Part shown: one piece after another, positions 54,501-63,835 of the stretch
Position numbering within the stretch: position 1 is the first letter of the stretch
Layout of the letters: each line of letters opens with the position of its first letter
From: Minisyncoccota bacterium
GTDB lineage: Bacteria > Patescibacteriota > Minisyncoccia > Phycocordibacterales > GWA1-40-21
Assembly: GCA_041664585.1 (NCBI GenBank)
Contig: JBAYKL010000004.1
Coordinates: 19,775 to 83,774, forward strand
DNA: 64,000 nucleotides
Direction: 5' to 3'
The notes under the pieces: model-generated
Seen by the model: only the letters and a program-made list of their open reading frames with translations
What the model was told of the DNA's origin: nothing
The model's database searches: none
Position numbers and translations under genes: made by a program

Positions 54501-55036
54501 GGGGAGAAAAAGAAAGTGTACATTTAGAAACTTGGCCAGAGGAATTTGTAGGAGAACTTACAAAGGAAGAGACAGAGACTATCGAAAATATGAAAGATGT
54601 TAGAAATGCTGTTTCTCTTGGGTTAGAATCTAGAGCAAAATCTGGAATTAAGGTTAGACAACCTTTAGCTAAGATACAAATTCAGAGTGAAAAACTAAAA
54701 GGTAAGCAAGAATATTTGGACTTGGTTAAAGATGAAGTAAATGTGAAAGAAGTAATTACAGATAAAAATATTTCTGAATTAGTAGTACTTGATACAAATA
54801 TTACACCAGATTTAAAAGACGAAGGTGATGTGAGAGATTTGATCAGAAGTATTCAAGAAGAAAGAAAGAACAGAAAACTAAGCCCAAATGATCTGATTGG
54901 ACTTACTGTAGATACTAACAATAGTAGTTTGGTAGAAAAATTTAAAGATGAAATAGTTAGGGTTACTAATGTTAAGGATATTTCATATGGTGAAAATTCT
55001 AATCAAGAAAATATCTTCGTTAAATTCCTAAAATAG
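51587..55036 (+). CDS. ileS: Isoleucyl-tRNA synthetase (type 2-like) carrying an internal approx 200-aa inserted domain.
   Basis: HIGH (PHFGHILAG), KMSKS (KMAKRLKN), CP1 editing region, C-terminal anticodon-binding domain; continuous 1149-aa ORF. Confidence 0.9.
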   Translation: MDTPKKSKNAEKEEELLKFWQENKIFEKTLTKDSPKGEYVFYDGPPFATGIPHFGHILAGTMKDFVGRYKTMRGYHVPRKWGWDCHGLPVENIVQDEMGLKSKKDIEDFGLEKFNDTARSKVFTYADVWKKVVPRMGRFVDMEDDYKTLNPSYSESVWWAFKKLQDKGLIYEGFKSMHLCPHCGTTLSNFEVGQGYKDITDISVTAKFELVDELGTFFLAWTTTPWTLPGNVALAINAEIDYVKIKVGEEKFILAESRLSAIKESYEILEKFSGEKIVGKSYKPLFDYYNNEKLINKENGFKVCSAGFVTTEDGTGIVHIAPAFGEDDMNLGKEKKLPFIQHVNMAGEFTPEVIDFVGQKVKPKDDHQKADIDVIKFLAGKNSLYAKEKFTHSYPHCWRCDTPLLNYATSSWFVEVTKIKNELIEANNKIGWIPKEIGEGRFGKWLENVRDWSISRSRFWGAPLPVWRCGKCKDNHFIGSIEDIKKQTTRNNKFLVVRHGEAESNVLGILSSNPKVNHSLTQNGKDQAVEAGEKLKDSKVDVIYCSPFVRTKETAELIAKQIGYPVEKIVFDERLHEIYVGVLDGKPDAEYQAFFESRGAKFWKTPEGGENYTTVKNRMTDFLYDINSKNEGKNILIVSHNTPIWLMFGGASGMTPEQLMDMRENGKPFIYNSEIKELEFAPIPHNRNYELDLHRPFIDELILPCKCGGEKERIPEVFDCWFESGSMPFAQSHYPFENLDKFNPEKGIGFPADFIAEGVDQTRGWFYSMLVLSVALFGQSSYKNVVVNGIVLAEDGQKMAKRLKNYTDPMELADKFSADAMRYYLLSSSVMKAEDLKFSDEGVDEVVKKVIMRLQNVHSFYEMYGGKDLKDKVGISENVLDRWILARLKETATQMTKSTEKYELDRATWPIADFIEDLSVWYLRRSRDRFKSENISDRNFAINTTKEIILNVSKLIAPSMPFLAEDLYKKIGGEKESVHLETWPEEFVGELTKEETETIENMKDVRNAVSLGLESRAKSGIKVRQPLAKIQIQSEKLKGKQEYLDLVKDEVNVKEVITDKNISELVVLDTNITPDLKDEGDVRDLIRSIQEERKNRKLSPNDLIGLTVDTNNSSLVEKFKDEIVRVTNVKDISYGENSNQENIFVKFLK
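53060..53560 (+). other. Histidine-phosphatase (phosphoglycerate-mutase superfamily) domain inserted in-frame within ileS, between the two halves of the zinc-knuckle (WRCGKC ... PCKCGG).
   Basis: Perfect PGAM phosphohistidine signature [LIVM]-x-RHG-[EQ]-x-x-x-N (LVVRHGEAESN at codons ~495-505), SPFVRTKETA and ILIVSHNTPI downstream motifs. The flanking IleRS motifs (ISRSRFWGAPLPVW / EVFDCWFESGSMPF) are normally about 55 aa apart but are about 255 aa apart here. Confidence 0.6.
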
Positions 55037-55057
55037 TTAGTTTGTAAAAAGTTTGCC

Positions 55058-55642
55058 GTGCATCACATATATACAACTGAAGCGATTCTTATAAAAAGTG
55101 TCCCAATAGGGGAGGCTAATCGTCTTTACTTTTTGCTCACTAAAGATCTTGGTCTTATTAAGGCTACTGCTCAGAGCGTTAGGTCTCCAAAATCAAAACT
55201 AAATGGACACCTCCAGGTTTTTTGTCTAGTAAAAATATCCGTTGTAAAAGGTAAAGATATTTGGCGTATTACTAGTGTTGAATCCATATTACAAAATGGT
55301 CTTATCCGACACGCTGGCAAACTTTCTGTTTTACACAACATATCGAAGCTTTTTTTGAGGCTTGTTCATGGAGAAGAAAAAAACGAAGAGCTTTTTGAGT
55401 GTATCAAGTCTGCATATATCATCTGTCGTGATGCCGACCTGTCTCACGAGGAGCTTAGATTGGCTGAAGTACTCACTGTTCTTAGGATGATGCATTTCCT
55501 TGGATATATAAAAAAAACTGAAGGACTTTCTGCTTTCTCGGAGAAAGTAAATCTTACACCAGAAATATTAGAAAACTTTAGCAAAAATAAAAAACAAGCA
55601 ATTTTAGAAATAAACAACGCGCTTAAGGAAACCCATCTGTAA
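55058..55642 (+). CDS. recO: DNA repair protein RecO (short form without the zinc finger).
   Basis: 194 aa; N-terminal OB-fold pattern aligned with RecO (ILIKSVPIGEANRLYFLLTKDLGLIKATAQSVRSPKSKL). Confidence 0.55.
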   Translation: MHHIYTTEAILIKSVPIGEANRLYFLLTKDLGLIKATAQSVRSPKSKLNGHLQVFCLVKISVVKGKDIWRITSVESILQNGLIRHAGKLSVLHNISKLFLRLVHGEEKNEELFECIKSAYIICRDADLSHEELRLAEVLTVLRMMHFLGYIKKTEGLSAFSEKVNLTPEILENFSKNKKQAILEINNALKETHL

Positions 55643-55665
55643 TTATGGTATAATGTTTTAACATT

Positions 55666-57588
55666 ATGTTTTATCCAAACGAAGAAGAAAAAAGAAATAA
55701 GCTCGAAGATATTAAAAAGGGTCTTTATTCTCGTGAAAACAAAACCTTTTCTCAAAAGAAAAGACATCTATTGAGTTCTAGAGTGGTTGAGGCCAACACA
55801 GACTGGTCAGGAGAAGATCTTAAAAAAGAATCTGATTTTAAGGTGCCATACAAGAAGATTTTTTTAATAGCGATAGCCTTTTTTGTCTTTGCGATCGGAT
55901 TCGCTTCGTATAAGTTTTTTATTTCTGGGAATATGATTTCTGGAGATAATGTAGATATATTAATACGTGGACCTGTTTCTATCGCCGGAGGGGAAGAATT
56001 ACCTCTTGATGTTGAGGTGAAGAACAAAAACAACGTTGATTTAAAGGTTGTCGATCTTAAAATACAATACCCAGATGGTACCAGAAATACATCTGACCTT
56101 TCCGTTCCTCTTATAAGATATAGTGAGTTGCTGGGGGATATAAATACTGGTAAGAGCGTCAAACGTCTTTTGAAGTCGGTTTTGTTTGGAGAAGAGAATG
56201 TAAAAAAAGATATTAAATTTACTGTGGAATATAGGGTTCCCGGGTCTAATGCCATCTTCTACAAGGAAAAAATATATTCTGTTCTAATAAATTCCTCACC
56301 TATTAATTTGAAGGTTTTAGGTGTCGGTGAAATCAGTGCCAACCAACAGACAGAATTTGTTCTAGAAATTGAATCAAATTCGCTTTCTATGATTAAGAAT
56401 TTGATTTTAAAAGTTGATTATCCTTTCGGTTTCGATTACATTTCTGCTAGCCCAAAACCCTTTTCTGTTGATAATAGCGTTTGGAATATAGGGGATCTCG
56501 AGCCTGGGGCTAAGAGAACGATAAAAATTTCTGGTTCCGTAAATGGTCAGGATGGGGAAGAGAGGGTATTCAGATTTACTGTGGGCACTCCTGATAAGCT
56601 AGACGAAAAAACCATCAATACTGCATTCTCTGTTTACACAGCGAATGTCTTAATTAAGAAGCCTTTTCTCGGTGTTAATTTATTTATTAATGGAGATTCT
56701 GCAAAAGAAGTGGTTGTGACTAGTGGAAGTAAAATCAATGCTGGTGTTGTTTGGCAGAATAATCTTGTAAGTAATATTTACGATGTAGCAATAAAGGTTA
56801 AGCTTAGTGGTCCAGTTTTAAACAAGAGTAGTATTAGGGTTGAAAATGGTTTTTATAATTCCGTTGATAACACGATAACTTTTGATAAACAAAAAGATAA
56901 AACATTTGCTTCAGTAAGTCCTGGTTATGAAGGCGAAAATGGTTTTACTTTTTCTATTTTTGGTCCAGAATCTCAGGTTGGTTCATCGATTAATAATCCA
57001 GAAATCTTGATGGATATAAGTGTCATGGGGAATCGTGTTCAGGGAGGTGGTGTTTCTCAAGATCTACTTTATTCAAGCTCTAAGAAGATAAAAGTTGCTT
57101 CAGTCTTAAAGCTTTATTCTCGTGGTTTTAGAACGATTGGCCCGTTTGAAAATAGCGGTCCAATGCCACCGAAAGCAGAACAAGAAAGCACTTATACCAT
57201 CACATGGTCTGCAACTAATTTACTGAATGATGTTAACAATGCTAAGGTTTCAGCAATATTACCATCGTATATAAAGTGGAACAATCTCACGAGTCCTTCT
57301 ATAGAAAAAATTGAGTTTAATCCTTCAAATAGTGAAGTAACTTGGAATATTGGTGGCATAAAGGCAGGTACTGGCTCGATCTACTACCCAAGAGATGTAT
57401 CTTTCAGTATTTCGTTTACACCAAGCTTGAGTCAAGTCGGAACGTCTCCAGAAATCGTTGGACAAGCGACTATAACTGGCACAGATTCTTTTACTGGTGT
57501 TGAGGTTGGAGAGGTGAGAACTTTTGTAAACACTCAACTTACTAGTGACCCAGCATACAGCAATGGTTATGGTACAGTAGGTAATTAG
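55666..57588 (+). CDS. Large membrane-anchored hypothetical protein (640 aa; single N-terminal TM, long beta-rich extracytoplasmic region, possible repeated Ig-like/CARDB-like domains).
   Basis: TM IFLIAIAFFVFAIGFASYKFFI; no recognisable catalytic motifs. Confidence 0.4.
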   Translation: MFYPNEEEKRNKLEDIKKGLYSRENKTFSQKKRHLLSSRVVEANTDWSGEDLKKESDFKVPYKKIFLIAIAFFVFAIGFASYKFFISGNMISGDNVDILIRGPVSIAGGEELPLDVEVKNKNNVDLKVVDLKIQYPDGTRNTSDLSVPLIRYSELLGDINTGKSVKRLLKSVLFGEENVKKDIKFTVEYRVPGSNAIFYKEKIYSVLINSSPINLKVLGVGEISANQQTEFVLEIESNSLSMIKNLILKVDYPFGFDYISASPKPFSVDNSVWNIGDLEPGAKRTIKISGSVNGQDGEERVFRFTVGTPDKLDEKTINTAFSVYTANVLIKKPFLGVNLFINGDSAKEVVVTSGSKINAGVVWQNNLVSNIYDVAIKVKLSGPVLNKSSIRVENGFYNSVDNTITFDKQKDKTFASVSPGYEGENGFTFSIFGPESQVGSSINNPEILMDISVMGNRVQGGGVSQDLLYSSSKKIKVASVLKLYSRGFRTIGPFENSGPMPPKAEQESTYTITWSATNLLNDVNNAKVSAILPSYIKWNNLTSPSIEKIEFNPSNSEVTWNIGGIKAGTGSIYYPRDVSFSISFTPSLSQVGTSPEIVGQATITGTDSFTGVEVGEVRTFVNTQLTSDPAYSNGYGTVGN

Positions 57589-57648
57589 GTTTGCTAAAAA
57601 TCAATTTTTAGTTATTATTTGGTTTATTACAATTTATAATTAAACACA

Positions 57649-58980
57649 ATGGCGAAACCAGAAAAAACAGTAGAACAGTTAAAAATGGAAAACATCATTT
57701 CTCTTTGTAAGAGAAGGGGTTTTATTTTCCAAGGATCCGAAATATACGGAGGGCTTGCCGGTACTTGGGATTATGGCCCATATGGTGTTACTTTAAAAAA
57801 TAATGTAAAAGACTATTGGTGGAAGAAGTTTGTTACTGACAGAGAAGATATGTATGGAATGGATGCTGCTATTCTCATGAATCAAAATGTTTGGAAAGCC
57901 ACAGGGCATGTTGGTGGTTTTTCTGATCCGCTTTCCGAATGTAAAAAATGTAAAAAGAGATTTCGTACAGATCAGCTTCCAGACAAAAAGAAATGTCCAG
58001 AGTGTGGTGGGGAGATGGGGGAAGAGAGACAATTTAATATGCTTTTTAAAACAAATGTCGGTGCGATAGCAGATGACACATCTGTATCATACTTGAGACC
58101 TGAGACTGCACAGGGTATGTTTGTAAACTACAAAAATATTATTGATTCATTCCATCCAAAACTTCCTTTTGGTATGGCTCAGATAGGGAAGGCATTTAGA
58201 AATGAAATTGCTCCTAGAGATTTTACATTTAGATCAAGAGAGTTTGAGCAAATGGAAATTGAGTATCTTATAAAGCCAGATACTTGGAAAGAGCTTTTTG
58301 AACACTTTAGGACAGAAATGCTTGATTGGATAAAAGAAATTGGTCTTAAACAAGAAAATGTTTATGAGCATGAGATTTCCGATGAAGACAGAGCTTTCTA
58401 CTCAAAGAGGACAATAGATTTTGAATTTGATTTTCCTTTTGGAAGAAGCGAATTATATGGTTTAGCATACAGAACAGATTACGATCTAAGTAGACACTCA
58501 AAGTCTTCTGGTATTGATTTAATATATGTAGATGAAGAGACAAGAGAAAAGATAACACCACACTGTATTGAGCCTTCTTTGGGGGTTGATAGAACAGTGC
58601 TGGCTATTCTCACATCAGCATATACTGAGGATGAACTTGGTGGAGAGAAGAGAACATATTTAAAATTTGTTCCAAAGATGGCCCCAGTAAAGATTGCTGT
58701 ATTTCCACTTTTGAAAAATAAACCACAGCTTGTAGAAAAGGCTAGAGAAGTATACAAAGATCTTAAGAAAGAATTTGGTCTAGTAGAATTTGATGATAAT
58801 GGAAATATAGGTAAGAGATATAGAAGACAAGATGAAATAGGCACACCATATTGTGTAACTGTAGATTTTGATACAGTAGAGAAAGATAGTTCTGTGACGG
58901 TGAGAGATAGAGATACTGGTAAGCAGGAGAGAATAGAAATATCTAAACTCGTGGGTTATTTGAAAGAAAAACTAAATTAA
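57649..58980 (+). CDS. glyQS: Glycyl-tRNA synthetase (alpha2 dimeric type).
   Basis: 443 aa; class II motifs; C-terminal anticodon-binding domain. Confidence 0.85.
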   Translation: MAKPEKTVEQLKMENIISLCKRRGFIFQGSEIYGGLAGTWDYGPYGVTLKNNVKDYWWKKFVTDREDMYGMDAAILMNQNVWKATGHVGGFSDPLSECKKCKKRFRTDQLPDKKKCPECGGEMGEERQFNMLFKTNVGAIADDTSVSYLRPETAQGMFVNYKNIIDSFHPKLPFGMAQIGKAFRNEIAPRDFTFRSREFEQMEIEYLIKPDTWKELFEHFRTEMLDWIKEIGLKQENVYEHEISDEDRAFYSKRTIDFEFDFPFGRSELYGLAYRTDYDLSRHSKSSGIDLIYVDEETREKITPHCIEPSLGVDRTVLAILTSAYTEDELGGEKRTYLKFVPKMAPVKIAVFPLLKNKPQLVEKAREVYKDLKKEFGLVEFDDNGNIGKRYRRQDEIGTPYCVTVDFDTVEKDSSVTVRDRDTGKQERIEISKLVGYLKEKLN

Positions 58981-58982
58981 AC

Positions 58983-59009
58983 AAAAAGTCGCCCTCGGGC
59001 GACTTTTTG
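58983..59009 (+). terminator. Terminator aagtcgccctcgggcgactt followed by a T-run.
   Basis: 8-bp stem. Confidence 0.75.
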
Positions 59010-59091
59010 TTTGACAGCAGCCTATTCTTTGATAGTGTTAGTTTTGAATAGGGTTGTTCGTTTTAGGAAATTATAAATAGGAGGGACTTGT

Positions 59092-59511
59092 ATGCAGGCT
59101 AGGATTGCTAAGTTTAGTGCTTATTGGGATACAGAGGGGTTCAGACCAGATTTGGCCGTCACGAATGTCACTAGATTCTTGGTCGGCTGTGAAATTGTCG
59201 TCTTACCTTGCGGAGCTTTGTTTTTAAGCAAGGGAGTTGGTAATAAATATCCGACTTCGATTTTCCAGATAGACCTTAGCATCGAGACAAACGAGACTTT
59301 CTTTACGAGGTTTAGCGATATCGTCACTTTTGACGATGGCGGTTTTTTTACCTCATGCAAATCTTACAGCATCGGTGGTGTGGAGGCTGTAATTTATGGA
59401 GTGGATGGGGATTATCGTATGTTCGCAAATCGCTACGGCCATTTGTGTATCAAGAAAGTCCCAGGGGATCCAGGGGAGATAATGTTCAAACCAGATTTCC
59501 CAGTCACTTAA
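59092..59511 (+). CDS. Hypothetical protein (139 aa) with GC content higher than its neighbours (~45%).
   Basis: RBS aggaggg 7 nt upstream; own terminator at 59523-59549. Confidence 0.45.
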   Translation: MQARIAKFSAYWDTEGFRPDLAVTNVTRFLVGCEIVVLPCGALFLSKGVGNKYPTSIFQIDLSIETNETFFTRFSDIVTFDDGGFFTSCKSYSIGGVEAVIYGVDGDYRMFANRYGHLCIKKVPGDPGEIMFKPDFPVT

Positions 59512-59522
59512 TTTTGTAAGGC

Positions 59523-59549
59523 GGCCGTGAATTTCACGGCTGTTTTTTT
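59523..59549 (+). terminator. Terminator ggccgtgaa-ttt-cacggc followed by T7.
   Basis: Read directly. Confidence 0.7.
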
Positions 59550-59575
59550 ATGCCATTTTTTGCTATATTGAGTAT

Positions 59576-60844
59576 ATGAATTATAAAAGAAAAGTTTTAA
59601 AAAATGGTTTAAGAATTATCACTGTTCCGATGAGAGAAAATCCTACAGCGACTGTGCTTGTGCTTGTAGAGGCTGGATCTAAGTATGAGAACAAAGAGAA
59701 TAATGGGCTTTCTCATTTCTTGGAGCACATGTGTTTTAAGGGTACTGTAAAAAGACCTTCATCAGCCACAATAACAAAAGAATTAGACGGTATCGGGGCG
59801 CATTACAATGCTTTTACTTCACAAGAATTTACTGGATATTTTGCGAAAGCAGATTATAAGAATTTAGACAAAATACTAGATGTTGTTTCGGATATGTATT
59901 TGAACCCGGTTTTTGATGAGAAAGAGATAGAAAAAGAGAAGGGGGTTATTATTGAGGAGATAAATATGTACAAAGATTTACCCCAAGCAACCGTTCAAGA
60001 AGAGTTTGCTAAACTATTGTATGGGGATGTTCCAGCTGGTTGGACTATTGCAGGGCCTAAGGAAAACATCCTTAAGATGAGACGTACAGATTTTATTGAT
60101 TATAGAAATAAACACTATGTTGCAAGTGCTACTACAGTGATAGTCGCAGGAAAATTTGATGATAAAACAATTACTAAGAAAATATCGAAGGCTTTTGCTG
60201 ATATAGGTAAGTGGAAGAAAGGGGAGAAAAAGAAAGTCGTAGAGTCACAAAAAGAACCACAAGCATCTTTATACTATAAAGATACAGATCAAACACACAT
60301 GGTTATTGGGGTTCGTGCCTTTGACACATATAGTAAATACAATTCAGTACTGAATATCATTCAAGGAATTTTGTCTGGAGGATTAAGTTCTCGTCTTTTC
60401 CAGAAAATGAGAGATGAGATGGGTATTTGCTATTATGTCAGAGCAGAGAAAGATGCATCTACAGATCATGGAAATTTTTCTGTTTCAGCTGGAGTTGACA
60501 GCAAAAGAGTGAAGGACGCTATAACTGCGATAATAGATGAGTTTAAGAAGCTAAAGACAGAATTAGTAGGGGAAGAAGAGCTTAATAAAGTAAAACAATA
60601 TTTAATTGGTAGCATGCGTCTAGGATTAGAATCCTCAGATGATATTGCAGGATTCTTTGGTCACCAGGAAATTCTTAGGAAACCTATTAAAAATACAGAG
60701 GATATTATAAAAGAGATAAAAGCAGTAAAAGCAGAGGATATCAAATATTTGGCTGAGAAAATCTTTAGAAATGAAAGTTTAAATCTTTCTATTGTAGGTA
60801 AATTTAAGGAAAAACAGGAATTTATTAACATTCTCAAATTTTAG
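59576..60844 (+). CDS. M16-family zinc metallopeptidase (insulinase-like).
   Basis: Inverted zinc motif HFLEH (HxxEH) at the N-terminus; 422 aa. Confidence 0.8.
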   Translation: MNYKRKVLKNGLRIITVPMRENPTATVLVLVEAGSKYENKENNGLSHFLEHMCFKGTVKRPSSATITKELDGIGAHYNAFTSQEFTGYFAKADYKNLDKILDVVSDMYLNPVFDEKEIEKEKGVIIEEINMYKDLPQATVQEEFAKLLYGDVPAGWTIAGPKENILKMRRTDFIDYRNKHYVASATTVIVAGKFDDKTITKKISKAFADIGKWKKGEKKKVVESQKEPQASLYYKDTDQTHMVIGVRAFDTYSKYNSVLNIIQGILSGGLSSRLFQKMRDEMGICYYVRAEKDASTDHGNFSVSAGVDSKRVKDAITAIIDEFKKLKTELVGEEELNKVKQYLIGSMRLGLESSDDIAGFFGHQEILRKPIKNTEDIIKEIKAVKAEDIKYLAEKIFRNESLNLSIVGKFKEKQEFINILKF

Positions 60845-60891
60845 TCAAATCGGGATTGCAATTTATAAAATCTTGTGCTAATCTTACGCCC

Positions 60892-61407
60892 ATGAGTAAA
60901 AAGTCAATAAATCCAAAAATAGAAGGAGAAAAGGTATATGAAGTAGGATATCATATCATTTCTACTGTAGCGGAAGAGGGTATATCAGCTGAAGTTGATA
61001 AGATCAAAGCTATTCTTAGCAAAGAAAAGGCCGTTGTTATATCTGAAGAAACTCCTAAATTAAGACCTTTAGCATATAAAATCAAAAAAGCTTTCGGTGG
61101 ACAATACAAAACCTTCGAAAAAGCTTATTTCGGTTGGGTAAAGTTTGCTTTAAATGAAGGTGCAGATATTGCAAATATTGATAGCGCGTTGAAGGCAAGT
61201 GATACGGTTCTTAGATATATTTTGGTAAAAACTACTAAAGAAAACACCATGTACTCTCCAAAGATTACTGTTTTCTCAGATAAGGAGAGCAAGATTAAAG
61301 TTCTTACACACAAAGAACCAAAAGAAGCTAAGTCTGCTTCTATTGAAGAAATTGATAAATCTATAGACGAACTCGTCTCAGATTCAGAAGAAGAAGTTAA
61401 AATTTAA
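60892..61407 (+). CDS. rpsF: 30S ribosomal protein S6 with an acidic C-terminal tail. The start was trimmed to MSKKSINPK.
   Basis: S6 fold pattern (YEVGYHIIS...RPLAYKIKK...YFGWVKF); rpsF-ssb-rpsR synteny. Confidence 0.75.
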   Translation: MSKKSINPKIEGEKVYEVGYHIISTVAEEGISAEVDKIKAILSKEKAVVISEETPKLRPLAYKIKKAFGGQYKTFEKAYFGWVKFALNEGADIANIDSALKASDTVLRYILVKTTKENTMYSPKITVFSDKESKIKVLTHKEPKEAKSASIEEIDKSIDELVSDSEEEVKI

Positions 61408-61419
61408 TTAATATAAAAT

Positions 61420-61875
61420 ATGAATTTAAACAGAGCTCTGATTTTTGGTAATTTAACAAAAGATCCGGAATTGAAATCACTTCCTTCTGGAACAAAAGTT
61501 ACTTCTTTTGGTGTTGCCACAAATAGAACCTGGAAAGATAAAAATGGTGCGAAGCAAGAAGAGGTTACATTTCACAACGTAGTTGCGTTTGGAAAACAAG
61601 CTGAAGTTCTCGCTCAGTACATGAAGAAAGGGAAGAGTATCTTCGTAGAAGGAAGAATTACCAACAGATCTTGGGATGACAAGGATGGAACAAAGAAATA
61701 CAGATCAGAAATAACTCTTGAGAATTTCCAATTTGGTCCTAGTGCTCCTGGTGCTGGAGGATATCAGGCAGATGGTGGAAGTAAAGAAGCCTCACCTTCA
61801 AAAAGCAAAGCTCCAGAGATGGACACAATAGAGTACCCAACAGAAGAGATAAACCCAGAAGATATACCTTTTTAA
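61420..61875 (+). CDS. ssb: Single-stranded DNA-binding protein.
   Basis: OB fold; C-terminal acidic tail ending DIPF. Confidence 0.9.
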   Translation: MNLNRALIFGNLTKDPELKSLPSGTKVTSFGVATNRTWKDKNGAKQEEVTFHNVVAFGKQAEVLAQYMKKGKSIFVEGRITNRSWDDKDGTKKYRSEITLENFQFGPSAPGAGGYQADGGSKEASPSKSKAPEMDTIEYPTEEINPEDIPF

Positions 61876-61894
61876 AAAATAAAATATAAATCAA

Positions 61895-62095
61895 ATGAAA
61901 CAGTGTTTTTTTTCACAAAATAATATAGAACAAATAGACTACAAAGATGTAGAGCTTCTTAAGAAGTTCCTTAATCCTCACGCAAGAGTACAAGGAAAGA
62001 AGAAGACTTACGTTTGTGCTAAGAGCCAAAGACAGCTTTCTCAAGCTGTTAAGAGAGCAAGATATATGGCCCTTTTGCCTTATATCGCTAGATAG
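61895..62095 (+). CDS. rpsR: 30S ribosomal protein S18.
   Basis: 66 aa; conserved S18 core. Confidence 0.85.
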   Translation: MKQCFFSQNNIEQIDYKDVELLKKFLNPHARVQGKKKTYVCAKSQRQLSQAVKRARYMALLPYIAR

Positions 62096-62128
62096 TTTTA
62101 AGTGGGGTTAATTTAATTATAGAAATCT

Positions 62129-62701
62129 ATGGGAATGCTAGAATACAGTGATATTGTAGAGAGAAAGGTTATTGTATATGAGGGACAACCTCTAGAAGTT
62201 TTGAGTTCCCATGTTTTCAGAAAACAACAGAGAAAACCAGTAAATGCTACTAAATTAAGAAATATGATGACTGGTAAGATTACAGAAATCTCTTTCCACC
62301 AATCAGAAAAAGTAGAGGAAGCTGATATTCAATACAAAGATGCAAAGTTTATGTATAAGAATAAGGGTGAATTTTGGTTCTGTGATCCTACAAACCCAGC
62401 GAACAGATTTGAATTAGATGAAGATCTTATCGGTACTCCAGCCAAATTTATGAAAGTGAATTCTTTGGTTGAGACAATGATTTTTGATGAAAAAGTTATC
62501 GGCGTGAAGCTTCCTATAAAGGTTGAGCTCAAAGTTACAGAAGCTCCTCCTGCAGTAAAAGGGGATACATCAACAGGCGGTAACAAACAGATTACTCTAG
62601 AAAGCGGTGCTGTTATAAACGCTCCATTGTTTATAAAAGAAGGTGAACTTATTTCAGTAAATACAACAACAGGGGAATATTGCGGAAGAGTAAATAACTA
62701 A
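62129..62701 (+). CDS. efp: Elongation factor P.
   Basis: 190 aa; three-domain EF-P pattern; KPVNATKLRNMMTG loop. Confidence 0.85.
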   Translation: MGMLEYSDIVERKVIVYEGQPLEVLSSHVFRKQQRKPVNATKLRNMMTGKITEISFHQSEKVEEADIQYKDAKFMYKNKGEFWFCDPTNPANRFELDEDLIGTPAKFMKVNSLVETMIFDEKVIGVKLPIKVELKVTEAPPAVKGDTSTGGNKQITLESGAVINAPLFIKEGELISVNTTTGEYCGRVNN

Positions 62702-62713
62702 ATTTATATAACA

Positions 62714-62747
62714 AAAAAGAGGTTCGCAATGCGAACCTCTTTTTTGT
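62714..62747. terminator. Bidirectional terminator aagaggttcgcaatgcgaacctctttttt between efp (+) and recA (-). It is a near-copy of the hairpin at 21330.
   Basis: 11-bp stem. Confidence 0.8.
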
Positions 62748-62752
62748 TATAT

Positions 62753-63835
62753 TTATATTTCTTTCAACTTCTCTCTAATCACTTTAAGTATCTCATCAGA
62801 TACTTTTGTATTTTCTTTCAAGAATGTCCTCGCTGAATCATATCCTCTCCCTATTTTTTCTCCGTTATATTCATATGAAGATCCAGATTTTTTGACTATA
62901 CCCATTTTCTCTCCAAGAGCGAGCATTTCTCCTTCTCTTGAGATACCTTCATTGTACATGAGGTCAAATTCTGTTTGTTTGAAAGGCGCTGCAACTTTAT
63001 TTTTAACCACTTTTACTCTTACACGTCCTCCCATTATTTCTTCGCCTTTTTTAATTTGAGCAATTCTTCTTATATCAAGTCTTACAGATGTATAGAATTT
63101 CAAAGCTTTTCCTCCTGGAGTTGTTTCTGGGTTACCAAACATTACACCAATCTGCATTCTGATTTGGTTTATGAAAATTACAACGGTTTTAGACTTCGCG
63201 ACGATGGCGGTAAGTTTCCTAAGAGCTTGAGACATAAGTCTGGCTTGTTTACCTACATGATATGCTCCCATATCTCCTTCAATTTCATCTTTTGGTGTAA
63301 GTGCCGCTACAGAGTCTATGACAATAACATCCATTTTTCCAGAGCGTACAAGGCTGTCTACGATGTCTAAAGCTTGCTCACCTGTATCAGGCTGTGAGAT
63401 TAAAAGCTCTTCAATTTTGACTCCAAGCTTTCTTGCATATTCAGGGTCCATGGCATGTTCTGCGTCAATGTAGGCGCAAATACCATCTAATTTTTGGGCT
63501 TCTGCTACTGCGTGGAGTGCGAGGGTTGTTTTACCAGAAGATTCTGGTCCAAATATTTCGATGATCCTTCCACGAGGGAAGCCACCTACTCCGAGAGCGG
63601 CATCTAAACCAAGAGAACCAGTAGAAATTGAATTTATATTTACTTTTGGTTTGTCTCCAAGCATCATAATAGCTTCATCACCAAATTTGGTTTTGATAGC
63701 TTGCATGGCATCTTCTAGCTTGTTCATGCTTGTTTTGTGAGATTTTGCCTTTGCGGAATCTGTTTCCTCGACAGACATTTCTGTGTCTAATTCGGTATCT
63801 TCCACAACTTTTTTACCCTTTGTTTTTTTAGCCAT
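62753..63835 (-). CDS. recA: Recombinase RecA.
   Basis: 360 aa; Walker [13 protein letters not shown]; L1/L2 loops. Confidence 0.95.
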   Translation of the reverse strand: MAKKTKGKKVVEDTELDTEMSVEETDSAKAKSHKTSMNKLEDAMQAIKTKFGDEAIMMLGDKPKVNINSISTGSLGLDAALGVGGFPRGRIIEIFGPESSGKTTLALHAVAEAQKLDGICAYIDAEHAMDPEYARKLGVKIEELLISQPDTGEQALDIVDSLVRSGKMDVIVIDSVAALTPKDEIEGDMGAYHVGKQARLMSQALRKLTAIVAKSKTVVIFINQIRMQIGVMFGNPETTPGGKALKFYTSVRLDIRRIAQIKKGEEIMGGRVRVKVVKNKVAAPFKQTEFDLMYNEGISREGEMLALGEKMGIVKKSGSSYEYNGEKIGRGYDSARTFLKENTKVSDEILKVIREKLKEI

